A program made the translations under genes and the position numbers. A DNA stretch of 64,000 nt, taken from Halobacteriovoraceae bacterium. GTDB taxonomy: Bacteria > Bdellovibrionota > Bacteriovoracia > Bacteriovoracales > Bacteriovoracaceae. Each line of letters begins with the position of its first letter. The first letter of the stretch is position 1. The stretch spans positions 704,001 to 768,000 of the forward strand of contig CAVRCF010000005.1 in the NCBI GenBank assembly GCA_963719505.1, given 5' to 3'. Below, piece after piece: positions 38,967 through 48,468 of the stretch. The notes below the pieces were generated by a model that did not search any database, had not been told where the DNA came from, and was given only the letters and a program-made list of their open reading frames with translations.

Positions 38967-40499
38967 ATGGATAAAGAATTAATCAGCGTAAGAAATGCAA
39001 ACTTCTCAGATATTCCCAAGATCTCAGCCCTTTTAGATAAAATCTATGGTGAAATGGAAAGTTACAAAAAGGCCATGATCAGAGGTCAACTCTCAAACTA
39101 CAAAGAAGGTTGTTTTGTAGTTTTCAAAGGAGAGGAGCTTATAGCCTACTCCGCCAGTCTTTTAATGAGCGAAGAAAAAGCCATTACCCCTCATACCTGG
39201 AGCGAAATCACCGCCAACGGTTACGGTTCAACCCACCAGCCCAAAGGAATTTATCTTTATGGGTATGAAACTTGTGTTGATCCTACTATTAGAGGTCATA
39301 GAATAGGACTTAGGATTTATAATGCGCGAAAAAATCTAGTTAAACATAAAAATTTAAAGGGCATCATTTTTGGTGGTCGAATACCAAACTATCACAAGAA
39401 ATATAAAAAAGTAGATAGTGTTCAAGAATATGTTGATAAGGTCATTGATAAAAGCTTCAAAGATACAACTTTAGGATTTCAAATCAGAAGAGGTTTCGAA
39501 GTCATAGGTATACTGAAGAACTATGATAAATCCGATATTCAAAGTCGTGGTTATGCAGTTCATCTTAAATGGGACAACCCCGAGTTTCTAGCAGAGTCAA
39601 CTGATGACGAACTACAGTTACCTATTAAGCAAAAGTCTGTAAGAGTAGTGACCGTTCAATATCAACTTCGACCGGTGAAAAGCTTTGAAGAGTTTTCAGA
39701 AATCGTTGAATATTATGTCGATGTTGCTGGGGATTACTCGGCAGATTTTTTACTTTTTCCCGAACTTTTTACCATGCAGCTTCTCTCTATTAAAAATGAA
39801 GAAGTAAGTCCGGATGTGGCCATTCGTCATATGACCGAATATACAGAACAGATTAAGGACCTCTTTATAAACCTTGCTGTGAAATATAATGTTAATATCA
39901 TTGCAGGTTCCCATCCAACTCATGTTGGAGAAAGAGTGAGAAATATTTCGTATATTTGTTTGAGAGATGGAAGCATCCACGAGCAAGCTAAGATTCACCC
40001 AACTCCTGATGAAAAATATTGGTGGAAAATTGAAGGTGGAGACAAACTTAATGTCATCGATACAGATTGTGGCCCTATTGGTGTTCTTATCTGTTATGAC
40101 AGTGAATTCCCAGAGCTTACAAGACATATGGTAAACCAAGGAATCCAATTTCTTTTTGTTCCCTTTTTAACTGATAATCGCCAAGGTTACTGTAGAGTAA
40201 AGTATTGCTGTCAGGCGCGTGCTGTTGAGAATCAAATCTATGTCGCAATGGCCGGAAATGTCGGAAACCTCCCTCGAGTTTCTAACATCGATGTCAATTA
40301 TGCTCAAAGTTGTATTTTAACTCCGTGTGATTTTCCTTTTGCTATGGATGGTATAGCAGCCGAGGCGACACCGAACGTTGAGATGGTTTCAATTGCTGAT
40401 CTAAGAATAGATACTCTTTTAGAGGCAAGAGCGAATGGCTCTGTTAAAAACCTCATGGACAGGCGACATGACCTCTACTCCGTCGTTTGGAAGAAATAA
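38967..40499 (+). CDS. GNAT acetyltransferase / carbon-nitrogen hydrolase fusion
   Basis: N-terminal GNAT (VDPTIRGHRIG, GGRIPNY); nitrilase triad LFPE, KIHPT, ICYDSEFPE. Confidence 0.9.
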   Translation: MDKELISVRNANFSDIPKISALLDKIYGEMESYKKAMIRGQLSNYKEGCFVVFKGEELIAYSASLLMSEEKAITPHTWSEITANGYGSTHQPKGIYLYGYETCVDPTIRGHRIGLRIYNARKNLVKHKNLKGIIFGGRIPNYHKKYKKVDSVQEYVDKVIDKSFKDTTLGFQIRRGFEVIGILKNYDKSDIQSRGYAVHLKWDNPEFLAESTDDELQLPIKQKSVRVVTVQYQLRPVKSFEEFSEIVEYYVDVAGDYSADFLLFPELFTMQLLSIKNEEVSPDVAIRHMTEYTEQIKDLFINLAVKYNVNIIAGSHPTHVGERVRNISYICLRDGSIHEQAKIHPTPDEKYWWKIEGGDKLNVIDTDCGPIGVLICYDSEFPELTRHMVNQGIQFLFVPFLTDNRQGYCRVKYCCQARAVENQIYVAMAGNVGNLPRVSNIDVNYAQSCILTPCDFPFAMDGIAAEATPNVEMVSIADLRIDTLLEARANGSVKNLMDRRHDLYSVVWKK

Positions 40500-40517
40500 A
40501 GTTTAGAAAGTTACACA
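40500..40517. promoter_or_regulatory. TGTGT-N8-ACACA palindrome copy (AGTTT AGAAAGTT ACACA)
   Basis: About 75 nt upstream of the start at 40592. Confidence 0.5.
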
Positions 40518-40591
40518 ACATAAACAACTAAAATTGAGGCATGCTGTATTCATGTGACATATCCTTTTTATAAACTAACAAAGGAAGTGAT

Positions 40592-41074
40592 ATGAACGAA
40601 AACAAAGAAAAAATTATTAACATTATCAAAGATGTTAAAGTTGCAAGCCTTATCACCTATGATAACAAACTTACATCTAGACCTATGTACACATCACAAA
40701 AAGAGTTTGATGATAAACTCTTTTTCTTTACCATTTTTGAAACTGAAAAAGTGCAAGATGTAATAAAAACACCTGAAGTCCTTATTAATTATGCGGACAA
40801 CAAAGGTTTTAATTATGTATCAGTTAATGGTACCGCACACTTAAACTTTAATAAAGAAACCATGAAGAAACATTGGAACTTTGCAAAGTCTGCCTTTTTT
40901 GAACAAGGCCTTGATACTCCCGGTTTGTGCTTAATTGAAGTAGAAATTAGTAGAATGGAGTGCTGGACATCTGATAAAAACATTCTTACTAAAGCTTACG
41001 AATTCAGCAAAGGGTTAATGAAAGGCCAGAGCGCGGATCTTGGTAAGCACTTCACAGAAAATAACTTACATTAA
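40592..41074 (+). CDS. General stress protein 26 / pyridoxamine 5'-phosphate oxidase-like FMN-binding protein
   Basis: SRPM, LFFFT, YVSVNGTA, W....AFF.QG..TP. Confidence 0.85.
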   Translation: MNENKEKIINIIKDVKVASLITYDNKLTSRPMYTSQKEFDDKLFFFTIFETEKVQDVIKTPEVLINYADNKGFNYVSVNGTAHLNFNKETMKKHWNFAKSAFFEQGLDTPGLCLIEVEISRMECWTSDKNILTKAYEFSKGLMKGQSADLGKHFTENNLH

Positions 41075-41084
41075 TAAACGACTG

Positions 41085-41109
41085 TAAGTCAGACTTAAAG
41101 CTGGCTTAC
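41085..41109. terminator. Hairpin between convergent genes
   Basis: GTAAGTCAG-loop-CTGGCTTAC inverted repeat (one G-U pair). Confidence 0.45.
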
Positions 41110-42134
41110 AGGTTTTTAAATTTTCTCTCCAGTTTATCAACTGAGTTTTCTAAACTCCCCCAAAATGCTTCTGATGCATCAACCTTAAATTTACCGTTAT
41201 CTATTTCAAAAGGTAATTCAGTGGCTATTTTATTGTCTGAAATTGCAGAGAGAATCCAACCAGCAAATCCGCCTAAATACTCAATAAAAAAGTGTGATGC
41301 ACCTTTAAACTCCTGGTCAGGTTTCACAACATCTAGGTCATCTAAAAATACTCTTGCGTAGGCTTTAGCATTATTGGCATCACCTTTAAACTCGCTCAAT
41401 ATAGTTAACTCTCCACTGGTAATATCTAGTGGGACATAACTTAGTAATAATTTATTTAAAGTATTAATTTTAAATTTATCGATCTTTACGTTTATATCAA
41501 AATAATTATCATCCCTTGACAGATCAATTCCACCATCAACATGAATCGGTGCTTGATTATTTAGGACACCTTCAATAGTAATATTGGATAGATTTGATTT
41601 ACTGAGATTAGGAGTGAGTAGATTGTTGACCACACCTTGGGAAATAAACACATTAGTATTTTCAAAACCTACTATTGAAGTATCTTGATAAGAAAATGTT
41701 AAATCCTTTATATTTATAGATTGAATATCTAATGGAATAACTGCTTTGAGAGCCTTTATCCAATTTTCCTTTTTTTCCTTACCAGGAATTTGCTCTTGAG
41801 ATTTATCTTTGGACTTAACAATAGTAACTGAAGCCTTACTTATAAGAACATCTAAAGAAATCTTCCCCTCTAATAAAGCTGTCCACGAGACGTTAAGTCC
41901 CAGGTTATGAATATTTAAAAATGGTAATTTGTCTTGAGAAGAAACCTTATCAATGACGAGCTTATCAATACTATAACTTCCAGTTATGAGGCTAATGTCC
42001 AAATCATCTATGTGTCCCGACAAAGAATCAAAACTATCTCCCAGTGATTTATTGATAAAGTGTTTACCAATGGGCTCAAGTGAGATTCGAATGAGAATTA
42101 GAACAACAAGTGTCATCATTAAAGATTTTTTCAT
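41106..42134 (-). CDS. DUF748/AsmA-like protein
   Basis: N-terminal TM, GHIDDLDISL..GSY, VSWTALLEG; start MKKSL at 42134 with AAGG RBS. Confidence 0.75.
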   Translation of the reverse strand: MKKSLMMTLVVLILIRISLEPIGKHFINKSLGDSFDSLSGHIDDLDISLITGSYSIDKLVIDKVSSQDKLPFLNIHNLGLNVSWTALLEGKISLDVLISKASVTIVKSKDKSQEQIPGKEKKENWIKALKAVIPLDIQSINIKDLTFSYQDTSIVGFENTNVFISQGVVNNLLTPNLSKSNLSNITIEGVLNNQAPIHVDGGIDLSRDDNYFDINVKIDKFKINTLNKLLLSYVPLDITSGELTILSEFKGDANNAKAYARVFLDDLDVVKPDQEFKGASHFFIEYLGGFAGWILSAISDNKIATELPFEIDNGKFKVDASEAFWGSLENSVDKLERKFKNL

Positions 42135-42188
42135 AACATACCTTAAATCAATAATAGATTCACTGCACACAATTACTTTAGAATATCG

Positions 42189-42206
42189 TGTGAAAAAGTT
42201 TACACA
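42189..42206. promoter_or_regulatory. TGTGT-N8-ACACA palindrome copy (TGTGA AAAAGTTT ACACA)
   Basis: Between divergent starts 42134 and 42283. Confidence 0.65.
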
Positions 42207-42282
42207 TTCAATGCGCACTATCGAGCATATTTTAACAGCATACATCATTAGACTGAGAGCAGAAAATTATAAGGAGGAAACA

Positions 42283-42562
42283 ATGACAAAATCAGAGGAA
42301 TTCTTAGAAAAAATTGAAAATGCTTCACCGGCTGTAAAAGAAGTTATAGAATCAGCTAAAGAGATTTACGATGAAGCCAAGAGAGTTTTGACTCAAAGGG
42401 CCAAAGAAGAATTTAATAACTCTCAAAATTCTATGTATGAAAATAGAACCAAAGAGGAACTTTATGCTTTAGCTAAAGAGCATAATATTGAGGGTAGAAG
42501 CTAAGGGTAGAAGCTATATGTCAAAAGCAGAATTAATATTAGCATTAAGGGTACTCCACTAA
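42283..42562 (+). pseudogene. Rho-N domain small protein truncated by a 13-bp tandem duplication
   Basis: AAGGAGG RBS and ATG 42283; AGGGTAGAAGCTA occurs twice (42491-42516); removing one copy restores TKEELYALAKEHNIEGRSYMSKAELILAL ending at TAA 42560-42562. Confidence 0.8.
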
Positions 42563-42564
42563 AA

Positions 42565-43287
42565 ATGAAATTAAAGCTTGTTACTTATAACCTTCATAAA
42601 GGTAAAAATATTCTCGGGTTTAAGTACTGCTTTAAAAAACTCAAAACTTTTTTAGATGCCGAGGAGTTTGATATCGGTTTCTTTCAGGAAATTCTTGGAG
42701 AAAATATTAATGATTCTACCATCCCAAAACAGATAGAAGAACTCGCCGATGCCAAATGGACAACTTACTCGTTTGCAAGAAACTCGATTGTTTCAAACCA
42801 CGAGCATGGAAATTTGATTTTAAGTAAGTTCCCCATTACTTCATTTGATATCTGCGATCTTTCATTAAATAAGCTTGAAAAAAGAAGTGCTCTTATTGCA
42901 CAAATAAAAATGGGAGAAACAAATTACAATTTCATTTGCACTCACCTTAATTTGAGACAGAAAGATAGAATTAAGCAAATTGATATTTTAATAAAGTTTT
43001 TAAAAGATAATTACGACGACGAAACTCCAACGATCTTAGCTGGAGACTTCAATGACTGGAATGGCAATGTATCAAAGCATCTAAAAAAAGAGGCTGGTTT
43101 TTTTACCTTACCTGAAAGTGAACAGTTGAAAACTTTTCCCTCTCTTAAGCCTGTTCTCGCTCTAGATCGTTTTTTCTTTCACAAGGTAAAGATGGAGAAC
43201 CTCTCAGTTCGGGTGCCAACGGATGCCAAGAAATACTCAGACCATCTGCCACTTTTTTGTGAGATTGATATTGGTGGTAACAATTGA
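42565..43287 (+). CDS. Endonuclease/exonuclease/phosphatase family (YbhP-like)
   Basis: TYNLHKG, FQE, GNLILS, THL, AGDFNDW, LDR, SDHLP. Confidence 0.9.
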   Translation: MKLKLVTYNLHKGKNILGFKYCFKKLKTFLDAEEFDIGFFQEILGENINDSTIPKQIEELADAKWTTYSFARNSIVSNHEHGNLILSKFPITSFDICDLSLNKLEKRSALIAQIKMGETNYNFICTHLNLRQKDRIKQIDILIKFLKDNYDDETPTILAGDFNDWNGNVSKHLKKEAGFFTLPESEQLKTFPSLKPVLALDRFFFHKVKMENLSVRVPTDAKKYSDHLPLFCEIDIGGNN

Positions 43288-44426
43288 GAGTGGATTATGA
43301 ATTCTATACTGATGGTGATGAATATCAATCATCCTATGTATCGCTTATCGCTAAAGCCAGAACTTCAATAACAATTCAAACATATATCTTTAAACTTGAT
43401 GACTTTGGCCAAAAGGTATTTGATGCCCTCACAGAAGCGGCGATGAGAGATGTGAGAATTTCCATTCTCGTTGATTATTTTGGCTCAATTGATTTTGATA
43501 GAAAAAAAATAAGCTTTCTCAATTCATTTTCAAATGTAAATTTTATTTTTTTTAATTCCTTCTCTAACTTTAGACTGTTACAGTTTGGTAGAAGGCTACA
43601 CCACAAAATTATAGTCATTGACTCAGTCAGTGCTATTGTTGGGGGCATCAATATTATCGAGTACGATTTTGCACAAGAAATGAGCTATCCCCGCCTCGAC
43701 TTTGCAATAAAAGTCACTGGGGCGCCGGCTGCAAAAATAGAACAGTATGCCCATCACATATTTGCAAGTACACTTAATAACAAATTCATAGAGAAGCATT
43801 ACAAAATAAACAACAGTCCTGACTCAAAAGTGAAAGTTCTCACAAATGACTGGTACCTCAATAGAAAAGAGATCAAGCTCAATTACGAAAAACTCATCAA
43901 GCAGTCCAAAGATTCGATCATTCTGATTCATGGATATTTTTTTCCATCGATAAAGATGGTCAACCTTCTAAAAAAGAAAGCTGCCCAAGGAGTCGAGATA
44001 ACCTTAGTTCTTCCTCTGTATTCTGATTGGACCACTTGGATATGGGCGACTAAACACCTTTACCGTAAACTATTCAACGCCGATATTGATGTGTTGGTTT
44101 GGAACAAGTCAACACTGCATGGAAAGCTTGGAATATTTGACAATAAGATTGTGACTGTCGGCTCGCATAATCTCAATTACACGAGCTCTTTTGGCAACCT
44201 TGAAATGAATATTCAAGTCAAAGATTCCAGTTTTACAAATGAAATTATCGAGAAGGTAAAAGTGATGATCAACACAGGGGCTACGCAATACCAATCTAAA
44301 AATGAACTTATAACACCACTGAAGGTTGTCAGAAACTTCTTCTTTTATATACTCTTGTTGACAATGGCCCAGCTTACAATCTTCTCCCTTGGACTAGCAA
44401 AATTTCTCAAGAGGACTAAAAAGTAA
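43284..44426 (+). CDS. clsB: Cardiolipin synthase, ClsB-like phospholipase D
   Basis: Two HKD motifs (HHKIIVID, HGKLGIFD); follows a YbhP-like gene as in ybhP-clsB operons. Confidence 0.8.
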   Translation: MRVDYEFYTDGDEYQSSYVSLIAKARTSITIQTYIFKLDDFGQKVFDALTEAAMRDVRISILVDYFGSIDFDRKKISFLNSFSNVNFIFFNSFSNFRLLQFGRRLHHKIIVIDSVSAIVGGINIIEYDFAQEMSYPRLDFAIKVTGAPAAKIEQYAHHIFASTLNNKFIEKHYKINNSPDSKVKVLTNDWYLNRKEIKLNYEKLIKQSKDSIILIHGYFFPSIKMVNLLKKKAAQGVEITLVLPLYSDWTTWIWATKHLYRKLFNADIDVLVWNKSTLHGKLGIFDNKIVTVGSHNLNYTSSFGNLEMNIQVKDSSFTNEIIEKVKVMINTGATQYQSKNELITPLKVVRNFFFYILLLTMAQLTIFSLGLAKFLKRTKK

Positions 44427-44784
44427 ATTCTTTTTTATTATGCTTTCTGCGAATAGAATCGAGACCTCTTTGAATCTTCTTATTTTTTAGAAATCTCTCT
44501 CTCAAGCTTCTCGTAACCTTTGTATCACTTATATAAAGCCCCACAAAAATAGTTATAAGTCCCTGACCTGGCATAAAGAGCATCAAAATACCAAGTAAGA
44601 CTAAAATTAAGCCCAAGAGATTTCTCATGACTTTCACTATCCAAGACTCATTACGCTCTTTCTTTCTAAAATAATCACTTGGTATTTTAAGCAGCCATAT
44701 ATAGGTGCCCAGTGATCCCACAAGGAAAAAAACCACAGAAATTACAGATATAAGAAAACCATACTTGCTAAAAAATTCAATCAT
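44416..44784 (-). CDS. PGPGW-type small membrane protein
   Basis: GILMLFMPGQGLITIFVG; IPSDYF. Confidence 0.75.
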   Translation of the reverse strand: MIEFFSKYGFLISVISVVFFLVGSLGTYIWLLKIPSDYFRKKERNESWIVKVMRNLLGLILVLLGILMLFMPGQGLITIFVGLYISDTKVTRSLRERFLKNKKIQRGLDSIRRKHNKKEFTF

Positions 44785-44890
44785 TCGTTTACCATTTTTC
44801 TAGTTATTTAAACAAAACTCAAAAAAGCTCTGGAACTTCAATAGTTCAACTTAGTTTATCCTAGCTTAGCATCGTTAAAAAAGGAACTAA

Positions 44891-46168
44891 ATGAAAGTAG
44901 TATTATTGTTGTTGTTGGTCTTAAATTTTGCACAAGCTCAAAAGATTATTTCCCCTAAAGATTATGACTACCCTATGATAAGTAATCTAGAGGCGACATT
45001 TGGGGTGGCTTCCCTCGCTCCAGTCGCTGGATCAGTTTGGTGGGATATCAAAATTTCACCAAAAAAGAGGTATATTAATGGAAAACTTTCCCTCATCGAT
45101 ATCAGATTTTATAAACCGCAAAAAAGATGCAAGGAACAAACAAAGAGCCTTGTCTTTATTCTCACAGGAGTCACGGGAAGTGCATCTGATGGTATCGCCA
45201 ACCAATATGCCCATCAATTGACCCAAGAGTGCCATCACGCTCTCATACTCCCCTCTATCTTTAATCAAAACTTCGTCAACTCTTCAAGCTCTACCGGTGT
45301 CGTTGGTAACAGCTTGTACGATATGAAAGATTTTTATGATTTTATGAAAAAGTCTGTCTCTTACATAGAGGAAAATCACGACCTCATATTCAACAATTAC
45401 TCATTATTGGGTTACTCCCTAGGAGCGTTGACTTCGGCCTATATCCATAAACTAGATGAAGATCAAAAGAGCTTCAATTTTGAAAAGACTCTCCTGATAA
45501 ATCCACCTGTAGATCTCGACTATTCCCTGAGTAAAGTTGATAACTTTAAAAGTAATTTAAAGAAGATTGGAAAAGTAAAAAGAATTAGACTTCTGGCCAA
45601 AATTGGCAAGCATGTGGCAATTCACAAAAGAGTAAAAACAAATCGAGTTGTCTATTTGAATTTTATTAACAGCACCAAAATGGCGGATTTTCAATATAAA
45701 GCAATGATTGGATTTGATCTTTCTAAAGAGCTAACGGACATCATTCTTTGCTCGAAAGATGTTCTAAAATCGGTCCATGGAAGGGACCTAGGTATAATCC
45801 CCAACTATAGACGAAGAATTCAGAAGAAATTGGCAAAAATGTTTGGCTACAAAGACTATTTTTTAAAGTTTGTCATGGGCTACCGAGAAGATTTTGATAA
45901 CTTACCTCCAATGGACTACAAAGACTTCATTTCACAAAACTCAATAACAAGTCTAACTCATTGGCTTAAAACTCATAATGATATCTACATAATGCATAAT
46001 AAAGACGATTTCATCATTTCCCAATCAGATATTGAGTACCTGAAAGAAACTTTTGGCGACAGACTTACTCTCTACCCAAGAGGTGGACACATGGGAAATA
46101 TTTGGCATGATGAAAATGTTAAACAAGTAAATTCAATTATAGGATCAAATAATCTAATGGCTAAGTGA
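44891..46168 (+). CDS. Secreted alpha/beta hydrolase
   Basis: Signal peptide; GYSLG nucleophile elbow, DDF, GGHMG. Confidence 0.8.
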   Translation: MKVVLLLLLVLNFAQAQKIISPKDYDYPMISNLEATFGVASLAPVAGSVWWDIKISPKKRYINGKLSLIDIRFYKPQKRCKEQTKSLVFILTGVTGSASDGIANQYAHQLTQECHHALILPSIFNQNFVNSSSSTGVVGNSLYDMKDFYDFMKKSVSYIEENHDLIFNNYSLLGYSLGALTSAYIHKLDEDQKSFNFEKTLLINPPVDLDYSLSKVDNFKSNLKKIGKVKRIRLLAKIGKHVAIHKRVKTNRVVYLNFINSTKMADFQYKAMIGFDLSKELTDIILCSKDVLKSVHGRDLGIIPNYRRRIQKKLAKMFGYKDYFLKFVMGYREDFDNLPPMDYKDFISQNSITSLTHWLKTHNDIYIMHNKDDFIISQSDIEYLKETFGDRLTLYPRGGHMGNIWHDENVKQVNSIIGSNNLMAK

Positions 46169-47770
46169 ATCTATAATCGCGTTGGTATCGAAAGGTTTAC
46201 TGACGTAACCATCAAAGCCTAGCTCATAACATCTGTCTTTGCCATCTTGGTTTGATGAGGCTGAGAAAGCTATTATTTTTTGATCTTTGTTTTTCTTAGT
46301 TTTCATTTTTTCAAAAGCTTCAAAACCTGTCATATCAGGGAAGTTTAAGTCTAAAAAAACAGCATCAATGCTATCGTCAAAAAGCTCTATTGCCTGCTTA
46401 CCAGACTCGGCTTCAACCATTTCATAACCGAAGTCCCGCATGTAGTGTTTGAAAAGAAAACGATTCTCATAAACGTCATCTGCGATTAAAACTTTTTTAA
46501 AGTTGATCAAAGGTGACGATTCATTTACTGGTAGGTGATTTGTGGCGTGACCACTCATTTTATATTTTAAAACGGGAAGTGAGAGTCTGAAATGAGAACC
46601 TACGCCAAGCTTTGTACTCACTAACTCAACCGTTCCACCAAGAAGGTCAGAAATTTCTTTAGTAATAGCAAGTCCCAAGCCCGTTCCTTTAAAATTCTCT
46701 AAAATGGATGCATTGGCTTGCTCAAAGGGATGAAAGATCTTTTCGGACTCAACATGGTCCATCCCTATCCCCGTGTCTATAACATCGACGATAAGCTTTT
46801 TATCATGTTTATCAAAATCCACATTAAACTGAACTGTTTTATTCTTAGAGAATTTAATTGCATTGGACAAAAGATTCAGAATAATCTGTTTCAAAAGAGT
46901 TGAGTCAGTTGAAATTCTGCTTGGAACTTTCTGAGTGATGTCTAAATTGAATGTGACATTATTATTGATCGCATTTATGGCAACCAAATTATAAGTTTGT
47001 CTGAGGAAACTTTTTGTACTAAACATCGTTTTGTTTTGCATTAACTTATTTGATTCAAGCTTCGAGAAATCTAAAATGTCTCCAATTAGCTCAAGAAGAT
47101 AATTTGAATTCGACTTCAAAACTTTTAAAGTGTTTTTTATTGAAGGATTCATAACTCCGGCAAGCTCTTCTTCTAAGACATCGACATAACCTAATACTGA
47201 AGTCAAAGGTGTCCTCAGTTCGTGGCTCATTGATGAAACAAAAGCTGTGTTACTTCTGGCCACTTCATTGAGATGATCTCTTTTTTTTGTAGCTTCAATA
47301 ATATGCATAATTTCATCAGCAATGATTTCAAGTTGTTTTTTTTGAACAGTATCAAGTTTATGAGGTTTCCGATCAATAACACAAAGAGTTCCAATATTAT
47401 AACCGTCTGAGGTTTTTAAGGGCTTTCCTGCATAATATCTAATGGAAGGATCGTTTACGACAAGTGGGTTATCGCTAAAGCGCTCATCTTCAAGTGCGTT
47501 TTCTATCTCAAATATCTCATCTTGATTAATAGCATGCCCGCAAAATGATACCTCTCGAGGAGACTCATCTAGGTTTGTTCCATGTTTTGCTAAAAACCAC
47601 TGCCGATCTCTATCAACAAGGCTAACTAAAGAGACAGCGCAGCCAGTAATTGTGGAAGCTAGATAGACGAGATTATTGAGTCTTTTATTTGACTCTGAAT
47701 CCAAAAGATTTAGATCAACTAAAGCTTTTAGTCTTTCATCCTCATTATGAGGTATATCAGGATTTTTCAT
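46154..47770 (-). CDS. GAF hybrid histidine kinase
   Basis: N-terminal GAF (REVSFCGHAI, DERFSDNP, GTLCVID), SHELRTP, receiver. Confidence 0.93.
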   Translation of the reverse strand: MKNPDIPHNEDERLKALVDLNLLDSESNKRLNNLVYLASTITGCAVSLVSLVDRDRQWFLAKHGTNLDESPREVSFCGHAINQDEIFEIENALEDERFSDNPLVVNDPSIRYYAGKPLKTSDGYNIGTLCVIDRKPHKLDTVQKKQLEIIADEIMHIIEATKKRDHLNEVARSNTAFVSSMSHELRTPLTSVLGYVDVLEEELAGVMNPSIKNTLKVLKSNSNYLLELIGDILDFSKLESNKLMQNKTMFSTKSFLRQTYNLVAINAINNNVTFNLDITQKVPSRISTDSTLLKQIILNLLSNAIKFSKNKTVQFNVDFDKHDKKLIVDVIDTGIGMDHVESEKIFHPFEQANASILENFKGTGLGLAITKEISDLLGGTVELVSTKLGVGSHFRLSLPVLKYKMSGHATNHLPVNESSPLINFKKVLIADDVYENRFLFKHYMRDFGYEMVEAESGKQAIELFDDSIDAVFLDLNFPDMTGFEAFEKMKTKKNKDQKIIAFSASSNQDGKDRCYELGFDGYVSKPFDTNAIIDSLSH

Positions 47771-47832
47771 GCGGTATTTGTATCACAATATGAAAAACTA
47801 GACAGTTAAAATCTTAAGGATATCTAAATTTT

Positions 47833-48450
47833 TTATAATTTGAAAAACTCTTTTATCCCCATCAATATATTATTTGCTGCCATTGAGGCTAAAATCAGTC
47901 CCATTACTTTACTGATAACAATAGCCCCAGAGTTTCCAATTCGGCGATGAATTTTATTCGATAGGATCATTAGGATATAGTTAATTAAAAGAATCAATGC
48001 CATAACAAGTGCTGTCATGACCTGATTAGACACACTGTGTCGTGTGTTGTCAGTCAAAAGTACTATTGCCAAAATAGCTCCCGGACTTGCAATGGAAGGT
48101 ATGGCCAGCGGAAAAATGGCTGCTTCGTCCTCATCCTTAACCAGCTGAATCTCTTCTTCTGGCTTACTGCTTCCAAAAATCATGTTAATTGCAAACAAAA
48201 ACAGGATAATTCCACCAGAGGCTTGAAAAGCAGCTAATGGTACTCCTATGGATTTTAAGACGATTTCCCCAACAATAAGAAAAAATAATAGGACTCCAAA
48301 GGAGACAAAAGAGGCAAACTTTGCGATCGCTTTCTTTTCAATCTCGTCATAGCCTTTTGTTACTGCGATAAAGACTGGCACTGTTCCAATGGGATCTATG
48401 ACAGACCAAAGAACAATAAAGGTACTTACAACGTCATCTAATTCAATCAA
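47833..48450 (-). CDS. MarC family membrane protein
   Basis: IDPIG, GGIILF, AIFPLAIPSIASPG, KVMGLIL. Confidence 0.92.
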   Translation of the reverse strand: MIELDDVVSTFIVLWSVIDPIGTVPVFIAVTKGYDEIEKKAIAKFASFVSFGVLLFFLIVGEIVLKSIGVPLAAFQASGGIILFLFAINMIFGSSKPEEEIQLVKDEDEAAIFPLAIPSIASPGAILAIVLLTDNTRHSVSNQVMTALVMALILLINYILMILSNKIHRRIGNSGAIVISKVMGLILASMAANNILMGIKEFFKL

Positions 48451-48468
48451 AAATAAATCTCCTCTTTC

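Noticed and set aside
41986-42282. N-terminal extension of the 172-aa ORF 41986..42504
   Set aside because: It overlaps the opposite-strand DUF748 gene and the intergenic palindrome; a strong AAGGAGG RBS points to ATG 42283.
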